DNA of 64,000 bases from Macrostomum lignano. Its lineage: Eukaryota. Made by a program: the position numbers and the translations under genes. Under the pieces are notes generated by a model. It saw nothing but the letters and a program-made list of their open reading frames with translations, did no database searches and was not told the origin of the DNA. The DNA is taken from positions 186,001 through 250,000 of the forward strand of contig NIVC01000391.1 in the NCBI GenBank assembly GCA_002269645.1. Direction: 5' to 3'. Below are positions 36,930-46,404 of the stretch, in pieces; the stretch's first letter is position 1; each line of letters starts with the position of its first letter.

Positions 36930-37344
36930 GCGAAGGGTGAGGGGTGAGGGGTGAGGGTTGAGGGGGTGAGGGGTTGAGAGAGGGTAAGGGGTTGAGGGGT
37001 GAGGGTTGAGGGGTGAGGGGTGAGGGGTGAGGGGTGAGAGGCGAGGGGTGAAGGGTGAGGGGTGAGGGATGAGGGGGGTGAGGGGGTGAGGGGTGAGGGG
37101 TGAGGGGTGAGAGGTGAGGGGTGAGGGGTGAGGGGTGAGGGGTGAGGGGTGAGAGTTGAGGGGTGAGAGTTGAGGGGTGAGGGGTGAGGGTGAGGGGTGA
37201 GGGGGTGAGGGGTGAGGGGTGAGGGGTGAGGGGTGAGGGTTGAGGGGTGAAGTGTGAGGGGTGAGGGGTGAGGGTTGAGGGGTGAAGTGTGAGGGGTGAG
37301 GGGTGAGGGGTGAAGGGTGAGAAGTGAGGGGTGAGGGGTGAGGG
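36930..37344. repeat. (GGGGTGA)n 7-bp G-rich array, left part
   Basis: Read directly; resumes after the retroelement at 38188..38378. Confidence 0.93.
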
Positions 37345-38187
37345 GAACATTAACTGTTTCAGGCGAACATTAATAATTTTGACATTAATTTCTACACTGA
37401 TAGCCAAGCTGCTATTAAGGCCTTAACCACTGAGAATATCTCCGCTGCTACAGTATCTCAATGCCACCGCAGTGTGCAATCTCTCTCAGTCCTTAACAGG
37501 ATTAGAATTATCTGGACACCTGGTCACAGCAACATCCTGGGCAACGAGCTCGCGGACTCTCTCGCCAAGGAGGGCAGCAACCCAGACGGCAACCACCGTC
37601 TGATGAGGCTACCCACCCCCAGGTCGCAAGTCACCCGCCATATCAACAGGTGGCTCCATCAGCAGCACCAGCTCCACTGGAACAGCTGCACCGAGTACAG
37701 GCAGAGCCGCTCTGCCATGCCTAACCTGAACAGGAAAGTCTCTGATTATCTGATTTCGCTTAACAGAACCGACCTCAGGGAGATGTGCATGGTCCTAACC
37801 GGCCACGGATTCTTCCAGAGACATATATCGTTGCAAACCGGTTGCCCTCCCACCTGTCCCTTCTGTGGCATAGGAGAGGAGACCGCGGAGCATCACGTCA
37901 CCTTCTGCCCTTACTTCAACAAGGCGCGGCACAAATACCTCGGCCACCCCCAGCGGATGGACGAGCTGACCACCGCGGACAATATCCGAGACCTCCGCGC
38001 CTTCGTCCGGGACTCCGGCCGGATGAGGGTCGCCGATGCCTCCACTGCGGACCTGCCGACTACTGGCGGGGACTGGGCGCACCCCCAAGGCTAATCCTTG
38101 TGCTCTTTTACCTTGGGGTTGCGATAGGGGCCTCGCGGCCTATTCGCGGCGCCTGCGCCCCCCGTCAGTAGTAAGTAAGTAAGTAAG
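37345..38187 (+). mobile_element. 5'-truncated non-LTR retrotransposon 3' end (RNase H, CCHC finger, 3' UTR, (GTAA)4 tail), in intron 2 of the three-finger gene
   Basis: Frame open from 37354: [34 protein letters not shown] (retroelement RNase H), [23 protein letters not shown] (C-x2-C-x8-H-x4-C); stop at 38094. Confidence 0.9.
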
Positions 38188-38378
38188 AGGGGTGAGGGGT
38201 GAGGGGTGAGGGGTGAGGGGTGAGGGGTGAGGGGTGAGGGGTGAGGGTGAGGGGTGAGGGTTGAGGGTTGAGGGTTGAGGGGTGAGGGGTGAGGGGTGAG
38301 GGGTGAGGGGGGTGAGGGGTGAGGGGTGAAGTGTGAGGGGTGAGGGGTGAGGGGTGAGGGGTGAGGGGTGAGGGGTTA
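38188..38378. repeat. (GGGGTGA)n array, right part
   Basis: Begins AGGGGTG directly after the element tail. Confidence 0.92.
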
Positions 38379-38437
38379 GGTACGTGGGGTAAGAAGAATG
38401 ATAATTAGAAAACATTAGAATACCCAGCTCAGCTCAC

Positions 38438-38592
38438 AATGCTAGAGTCGGAAGAGCTGTCAGAGTTAGCCCAGGACTCGAAGCACTCGGTGCTCGATTT
38501 GCACTTGATGAGGCCGCCCTTGCCAAAGTGGTCGAACAGGTAGGCCGAAATGCCATTCGTGAAGCACTCGATCTCGGCACGGCAGAGACCCG
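38438..38592 (-). CDS. Three-finger protein copy A, exon 2
   Basis: Acceptor CCATCCAG|CG (phase 1), donor ATT|GTGAGC; [26 protein letters not shown]. Confidence 0.85.
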
Positions 38593-38624
38593 CTGGATGG
38601 CGCAGAGGGAACCGAGTCACGACT

Positions 38625-39030
38625 CCATCCCGATTCCCATCCCGATTCCCATCCCGATTCCCATCCCGATTCCCATCCCGATTCCCATCCCGATTCCCAT
38701 CCCGATTCCCATCCCGATTCCCATCCCGATTCCCATCCCGATTCCCATCCCGATTCCCATCCCGATTCCCATCCCGATTCCCATCCCGATTCCCATCCCG
38801 ATTCCCATCCCGATTCCCATCCCGATTCCCATCCCGATTCCCATCCCGATTCCCATCCCGATTCCCATCCCGATTCCCATCCCGATTCCCATCCCGATTC
38901 CCATCCCGATTCCCATCCCGATTCCCATCCCGATTCCCATCCCGATTCCCATCCCGATTCCCATCCCGATTCCCATCCCGATTCCCATCCCGATTCCCAT
39001 CCCGATTCTCATCCCGATTCCCATCCCGAT
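38625..39030. repeat. 12-bp array (CCATCCCGATTC)n, ~34 units, most of intron 1 of the three-finger gene
   Basis: Sense (minus) strand is (GGGATGGGAATC)n. Confidence 0.97.
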
Positions 39031-39060
39031 GCAGGTACAATAGTGCAATGACAGTCTTAC

Positions 39061-39097
39061 CGAGTGATGCATAGAGGAGCAGCCCAAGCCATCCCAT
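39061..39097 (-). CDS. Three-finger protein copy A, exon 1 (signal peptide)
   Basis: ATG at 39097, [12 protein letters not shown], donor G|GTAAGA; spliced signal peptide [18 protein letters not shown]. Confidence 0.8.
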
Positions 39098-39325
39098 GCC
39101 CGCCTGCAGCTGAGGCACTTGCCAATTAAATCAGTCAATTTTAGTTGGCCAACTGATTTGATGGCGAGCGAGAATTATCCCAAATGGTTACATAGATTAA
39201 CACAAAGCGCGAAAACCCAAACTCTTATCTACTTGAAGTATGTTTTCAGCCGGTCATAGACATATTGAATTATGCCACAGTCCGGCTCTATTTATAAACT
39301 CAGATCACCCACTGAGACCGCATCA

Positions 39326-40326
39326 CTCAGATCTCTAATCTAGTGAGGACCTCATCCCACTCAGATCTCTAATCTAGTGAGGACCTCATCCCACTCAGAT
39401 CTCTAATCTAGTGATGACCGCATCTCACTCAGATCTCTAATCTAGTGAGGACAGCATCTCACTCAGATCTCTAATCTAGTGAGGACCCATCCCACTCAGA
39501 TCTCTAATCTAGTGAGAACCCCATCTCAGTCAGATCTCTAATCTAGTGAGAACCGCATCCCACTCAGATCTCTAATCTAGTGAGAATCTCATCTCACTAA
39601 TCTAGTGAGGACCCCATCCCACTCAGATCTCTAATCTAGTGAGGACCTCATCTCACTCAGATCTCTAATCTAGTGAAGACAGCATCTCACTCAGATCTCT
39701 AATCTAGTGAGGACCTCATCCCACTCAGATCTCTAATCTAGTGAGAATCTCATCTCACTAATCTAGTGAGGACCCCATCCCACTCAGATCTCTAATCTAG
39801 TGAGAACCGCATCCCACTCAGATCTCTAATCTAGTGAAGACAGCATCTCACTCAGATCTCTAATCTAGTGAGGACCCCATCCCACTCAGATCTCTAATCT
39901 AGTGAGGACCTCATCCCACTCAGATCTCTAATCTAGTGAAGACAGCATCTCACTCAGATCTCTAATCTAGTGAGGACCTCATCTCACTCAGATCTCTAAT
40001 CTAGTGAGGACTCTATCTCACTCAGATTTCTAATATAGTGAGGGCTCTATCTCACTCAGATCTCTAATCTAGTGAGGACTCTATCTCACTCAGATCTCTA
40101 ATCTAGTGAGGACTCTATCTCACTCAGATCTCTAATCTAGTGAGGACTCTATCTCACTCAGATCTCTAATCTAGTGAGGACCTCATATCACTCACATCTC
40201 TAATCTAGTGAGGACTCTATCTCACTCAGATCTCTAATTTAGTGAGGACCTCATATCACTCAGATCTCTAATCTAGTGAGGACCTCATATCACTCAGATC
40301 TCTAATCTAGTGAGGACTTCAAATCA
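39326..40326. repeat. 34-bp satellite (CTCAGATCTCTAATCTAGTGAGGACCTCATCCCA)n, cut off at the duplication junction
   Basis: Period 34 (39326 to 39360). Confidence 0.93.
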
Positions 40327-40413
40327 GCTGTCGACGAGCTGTCGCTGCGGTCTGGCATCGGCTGCAAGCTGAAACCGACAACTAGCCGCTCCATCAGCGA
40401 GCAGAATGTTTGA
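40327..40413 (+). pseudogene. 3' fragment (last 28 codons and stop) of the DEG/ENaC exon 2
   Basis: Identical to 32731..32817 (AVDELSLRSGIGCKLKPTTSRSISEQNV*). Confidence 0.9.
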
Positions 40414-40488
40414 ATCTAATCTAATCTAATCTAATCTAATCTAATCTAATCTAATCTAATCTAATCTAATCTAATCTTATCTAATCTA

Positions 40489-40557
<69 letters not shown>

Positions 40558-40850
40558 AATTTAATCTAATCTCATCAAATCTAAGCTCATCAAATCAAAT
40601 CTAATCAAATCCAATATAATCTCATCTAATATAATCCCATCTAATCTAATCTAATCCAGTTTAATCCAGTCAAACCTAGTCTTATCTAATCTAATCCAAT
40701 CCAATCTAATCCACTATACTAAAATGGTTTGTCGGTATCTATCTATCTAGTCTAATCTAAAATCAATCTAGTCTAATCTAACCAGTTCCAAATCTAATCT
40801 AATCTAATTCAAACGAATTCTAAATCTAATCTAATCTAATCTCAAACTCA
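40414..40850. repeat. (ATCTA)n microsatellite, copy 4
   Basis: 12 perfect units, as in copy 3. Confidence 0.9.
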
Positions 40851-41348
40851 AACTTTGCCTGAAGCTTGTGCACGGGAAGTGCATATACTGTTCCGGCTGG
40901 TGCAGACCCTGTGTGAGGGTGTGCGTGCTCCCGGGTCCAGCGGAATGGGCCGACTCTTGCCGTGACTTGCAGCAGTGCTCAGAGCCGCCTGAATTTATGA
41001 CTCTGATGCTTCATTAATTATTAATCACAGACCTTTGTATGAACAAAATTGCCTGTCACAGAACAATTGTAAATGACGGAACACAAGAAGACATTTAATA
41101 TCCTCTTTGTCACATCTTCTGGTCTTGGCAGCTGCTTTACCCGTGTGAACCAAAAAATCTATTTTAAAAGATGTTTTAAAAACTCTGTTCTTATTTTTAA
41201 GCAAATTCACTTACGCTCATATTTGTTACTTGTAAGTAGCATGAAGCGAAAATGTTCTAGGAAATGCTTTACGCTCTGATTGAAGTTTTTATCTGAGTCA
41301 TTGACCAGAAATCAAAAGTTGTTTTTAAGATATTTTTCTAAGCTTAAA

Positions 41349-42201
41349 GAGTGAGAAGTGTGAGAGTGGGAAGTGTGAGAGTGAGAAGTGTGAGAGTGAG
41401 AAGTGTGAGAGTGAGAAGTGTGAGAGTGAGAAGTGTGAGAGTGAGAAGTGTGAGAGTGAGAAGTGTGAGAGTGAGAAGTGTGAGAGTGAGAAGTGTGAGA
41501 GTGAGAAGTGTGAGAGTGAGAAGTGTGAGAGTGAGAAGTGTGAGAGTGAGAAGTGTGAGAGTGAGAAGTGTGAGAGTGAGAAGGGCGAGAGTGAGAAGTG
41601 TGAGAGTGAGAAGTGTGAGAGTGAGAAGGGCGAGAGTGAGAAGTGTGAGAGTGAGAAGTGTGAGAGTGAGAAGTGTGAGAGTGAGAAGTGTGAGAGTGAG
41701 AAGTGGGAGAGTGAGAAGTGTGAGAGTGGGAAGCGTGAGAGTGAGAAGTGTGAGAGTGAGAAGTCTGAGAGTGAGAAGTGGGAGAGTGAGAAGTGTGAGA
41801 GTGAGAAGTGTGAGAGTGAGAAGTGTGAGAGTGAGAAGTGTGAGAGTGAGAAGTGTGAGAGTGAGAAGTGTGAGAGTGAGAAGTGTGAGAGTGAGAAGTG
41901 TGAGAGTGAGAAGTGTGAGAGTGAGAAGTGTGAGAGTGAGAAGTGTGAGAGTGAGAAGTGTGAGAGTGAGAAGTGTGAGAGTGAGAAGTGTGAGAGTGAG
42001 AAGTGTGAAATTGAGAATTGTGAGAATGAGAAGCGTGAGAGTGAGAAGTGTGAGAGTGAGAAGGGTGAGAGTGAGAAGTGTGAGAGTGAGAAGTCTGAGA
42101 GTGAGAAGTGGGAGAGTGAGAAGTGTGAGAGTGAGAAGTGTGAGAGTGAGAAGTGTGAGAGTGAGAAGTGTGAGAGTGAGAAGTGTGAGAGTGAGAAGTG
42201 T
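41349..42201. repeat. 15-bp minisatellite, ~57 units
   Basis: 495 bp shorter than 33753..35100. Confidence 0.93.
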
Positions 42202-42270
42202 ATATTGGCTCTGACTGCCATCCTGCATATACATTTACGTGCCCAGTGTCTGTCTGAAATGAAAGCTGGA

Positions 42271-45200
42271 CTAAACTAGCATAGCAAAGAATCCTACTGC
42301 TATTATTATTGTCTGTGGCTGTGCTCCCGGCAGGCGCAGCCACAGGCACAGCAGGGCCATGGCCGCCACGGCAGCTGCTGTCGGCCTGAAGTCGCCGCAG
42401 CCATCGTAGTCGTAGTCAAACTGATTGGCAGCTTTGGCCTTGGCGCCTTTCTTCTTCTCGTCCTTCGAATCGCTGGCCGCGGTGGCGTTGGCCAGTGTCC
42501 TCCGCCGTGCTGCTTTGCTGCCAGCCGGCCCGATCACCCGCCCGACGGCGGCTGGCTGGCCCTGCGACAGCGCGGCAAAGTCAACGCCGCTGGAGGGCTC
42601 CGCCAAGGCGCGCTGCGAGTCAGGGATATTGCACAGCGACGTTTTGCACGTCTTGCAGCCCGTCCAGCCCTTGCCGCAGCCAGCGTGGTACCGGTTCTGG
42701 TTGGGGTGACGTTTGGTTTGGTTAGATTGGATTAGATTGGATTAGATTGGATTAGATTGGATTAGATTAGATTAGATTAGATTTGATTGGATTGGATTGG
42801 ATTGGATTGGATTAGATTGGATTGGATTGAATTAGATTGGATTGGATTGGATTGGATTGGATTAGATTGGATTAGATTGGATTAGATTGGATTATATTGG
42901 ATTGGATTGGATTGGATTGGATTGGATTAGATTGGATTAGATTGGATTAGATTGGATTATATTGGATTGGATTGGATTGGATTGGATTAGATTGGATTAT
43001 ATTGGATTGGATTGGATTAGATTAGATTGGATTAGATTGGATTAGATTGGATTAGATTGGATTGGATTGGATTAGATTGGATTATATTGGATTGGATTGG
43101 ATTAGATTAGATTGGATTAGATTGGATTAGATTGGATTAGATTGGATTGGATTGGATTAGATTGGATTGGATTGGATTAGATTAAATTGGATTAGATTGG
43201 ATTAGATTGGATTATATTGGATTATATTGGATTAGATTGGATTGGATTGGATTAGATTGGATTGGATTGGATTACATTGGATTGGATTGGATTAGATTAA
43301 ATTGGATTAGATTGGATCTGATTGGATTAGATTGGATTGGATTAGATTGGATTAGATTGGATTGGATTGGATTAGATTAGATTGGATTGGATTGGATTGG
43401 ATTGGATTGGATTAGATTGGATTGGATTGGATTAGATTGGATTGGATTGGATTGGATTGGATTAGATTAGATTGGATTAGATTGGATTAGATTGGATTAG
43501 ATTGGATTGGATTGGATTAGATTGGATTGCATTGGATTAGATTGGATTGGATTGGATTAGATTAAATTGGATTAGGTTGGATTAGATTGGATTAGATTGG
43601 ATTGGATTGGATTAGATTGGATTGGATTAGATTGGATTAGATTGGATTAGATTGGATTAGATTAGATTGGATTGGATTAGATTGGATTGGATTGGATTAG
43701 ATTAGATTAGATTAGATTAAATATATTATATAAGATTAGAGTTAATTAAGCTGTAATAAATTGACACAGCTGTTCAGAAATTTTGCTCACCTCATTATAC
43801 TTGTTCTTGTACTCCAAATGGTAGCAGGTTCCAGCATCTTTGGAGCACCAGACCCTCTTTTTTCCGATATTAGCTTCATCGTCGGCAAAGTAACAAAGCA
43901 GGTTGTTCTGCGTGATCTTCTTGGCCAGTTGAAAGTTGCAAAGCGGCGTGTTGCAGGTCTTGCATTCCGAATCAAACGACCATTTAACGCAAGCTGTGCA
44001 GCCTGATGAGTACTTCTGCAGTGGCGAGGGCGAGGGCGAAGGGTGAGGGGTGAGGGGTGAGGGTTGAGGGGGTGAGGGGTTGAGAGAGGGTAAGGGGTTG
44101 AGGGGTGAGGGTTGAGGGGTGAGGGGTGAGGGGTGAGGGGTGAGAGGCGAGGGGTGAAGGGTGAGGGGTGAGGGATGAGGGGGGTGAGGGGGTGAGGGTG
44201 AGGGGTGAGGGGTGAGAGGTGAGGGGTGAGGGGTGAGGGGTGAGGGGTGAGGGGTGAGAGTTGAGGGGTGAGAGTTGAGGGGTGAGGGGTGAGGGGTGAG
44301 GGGTGAGGGGGGTGAGGGGTGAGGGGTGAGGGGTGAGGGGTGAGGGTTGAGGGGTGAAGTGTGAGGGGTGAGGGGTGAGGGTTGAGGGGTGAAGTGTGAG
44401 GGGTGAGGGGTGAGGGGTGAAGGGTGAGAAGTGAGGGGTGAGGGGTGAGGGGAACATTAACTGTTTCAGGCGAACATTAATAATTTTGACATTAATTTCT
44501 ACACTGATAGCCAAGCTGCTATTAAGGCCTTAACCACTGAGAATATCTCCGCTGCTACAGTATCTCAATGCCACCGCAGTGTGCAATCTCTCTCAGTCCT
44601 TAACAGGATTAGAATTATCTGGACACCTGGTCACAGCAACATCCTGGGCAACGAGCTCGCGGACTCTCTCGCCAAGGAGGGCAGCAACCCAGACGGCAAC
44701 CACCGTCTGATGAGGCTACCCACCCCCAGGTCGCAAGTCACCCGCCATATCAACAGGTGGCTCCATCAGCAGCACCAGCTCCACTGGAACAGCTGCACCG
44801 AGTACAGGCAGAGCCGCTCTGCCATGCCTAACCTGAACAGGAAAGTCTCTGATTATCTGATTTCGCTTAACAGAACCGACCTCAGGGAGATGTGCATGGT
44901 CCTAACCGGCCACGGATTCTTCCAGAGACATATATCGTTGCAAACCGGTTGCCCTCCCACCTGTCCCTTCTGTGGCATAGGAGAGGAGACCGCGGAGCAT
45001 CACGTCACCTTCTGCCCTTACTTCAACAAGGCGCGGCACAAATACCTCGGCCACCCCCAGCGGATGGACGAGCTGACCACCGCGGACAATATCCGAGACC
45101 TCCGCGCCTTCGTCCGGGACTCCGGCCGGATGAGGGTCGCCGATGCCTCCACTGCGGACCTGCCGACTACTGGCGGGGACTGGGCGCACCCCCAAGGCTA

Positions 45201-46176
45201 ATCCTTGTGCTCTTTTACCTTGGGTTGCGATAGGGGCCTCGCGGCCTATTCGCGGCGCCTGCGCCCCCCGTCAGTAGTAAGTAAGTAAGTAAGAGGGGTG
45301 AGGGGTGAGGGGTGAGGGGTGAGGGGTGAGGGGTGAGGGGTGAGGGGTGAGGGTGAGGGGTGAGGGTTGAGGGTTGAGGGTTGAGGGTGAGGGTGAGGGG
45401 TGAGGGGTGAGGGGGGTGAGGGGTGAGGGGTGAAGTGTGAGGGTGAGGGGGTGAGGGGTGAGGGGTGAGGGGTGAGGGGTTAGGTACGTGGGTAAGAAGA
45501 ATGATAATTAGAAAACATTAGAATACCCAGCTCAGCTCACAATGCTAGAGTCGGAAGAGCTGTCAGAGTTAGCCCAGGACTCGAAGCACTCGGTGCTCGA
45601 TTTGCACTTGATGAGGCCGCCCTTGCCAAAGTGGTCGAACAGGTAGGCCGAAATGCCATTCGTGAAGCACTCGATCTCGGCACGGCAGAGACCCGCTGGA
45701 TGGCGCAGAGGGAACCGAGTCACGACTCCATCCCGATTCCCATCCCGATTCCCATCCCGATTCCCATCCCGATTCCCATCCCGATTCCCATCCCGATTCC
45801 CATCCCGATTCCCATCCCGATTCCCATCCCGATTCCCATCCCGATTCCCATCCCGATTCCCATCCCGATTCCCATCCCGATTCCCATCCCGATTCCCATC
45901 CCGATTCCCATCCCGATTCCCATCCCGATTCCCATCCCGATTCCCATCCCGATTCCCATCCCGATTCCCATCCCGATTCCCATCCCGATTCCCATCCCGA
46001 TTCCCATCCCGATTCCCATCCCGATTCCCATCCCGATTCCCATCCCGATTCCCATCCCGATTCCCATCCCGATTCCCATCCCGATTCTCATCCCGATTCC
46101 CATCCCGATGCAGGTACAATAGTGCAATGACAGTCTTACCGAGTGATGCATAGAGGAGCAGCCCAAGCCATCCCAT
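42271..46176 (-). CDS. Three-finger (Ly6/uPAR-like) protein, complete copy B: complement(join(42271..42696,43791..44015,45541..45695,46140..46176))
   Basis: Same exons and splice sites as copy A; no coding difference noticed. Confidence 0.8.
42721..43718. repeat. (ATTGG/ATTAG)n array, copy B
   Basis: Duplicate of 35620..36612. Confidence 0.93.
44036..45481. repeat. (GGGGTGA)n array, copy B, interrupted by the retroelement
   Basis: Arrays at 44036..44451 and 45294..45481. Confidence 0.9.
44452..45293 (+). mobile_element. Duplicate of the truncated non-LTR retrotransposon (RNase H, CCHC)
   Basis: Same translation as the 37474..38094 ORF; carried by the segmental duplication, not an independent insertion. 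Confidence 0.9.
45728..46109. repeat. 12-bp array, copy B (2 units shorter)
   Basis: Read directly. Confidence 0.95.
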
Positions 46177-46404
46177 GCCCGCCTGCAGCTGAGGCACTTG
46201 CCAATTAAATCAGTCAATTTTAGTTGGCCAACTGATTTGATGGCGAGCGAGAATTATCCCAAATGGTTACATAGATTAACACAAAGCGCGAAAACCCAAA
46301 CTCTTATCTACTTGAAGTATGTTTTCAGCCGGTCATAGACATATTGAATTATGCCACAGTCCGGCTCTATTTATAAACTCAGATCACCCACTGAGACCGC
46401 ATCA

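Noticed and set aside
36896-36945. CTGATGAG...CGAA resembling a hammerhead ribozyme core
   Set aside because: The required stems are not evident, and the sequence is explained as antisense of three-finger exon 3 and its acceptor.
36930-38378. (GGGGTGA)n as a true or interstitial telomere
   Set aside because: The unit is not TTAGGG or TTAGG, and the array is short and intronic; only a resemblance.
38429-39138. (RDGN)n, (IP)n, (RFPS)n and (GMGI)n ORFs
   Set aside because: The array lies inside a GT-AG intron; the 229-aa ORF is exon 1 plus intron plus exon 2 read through.
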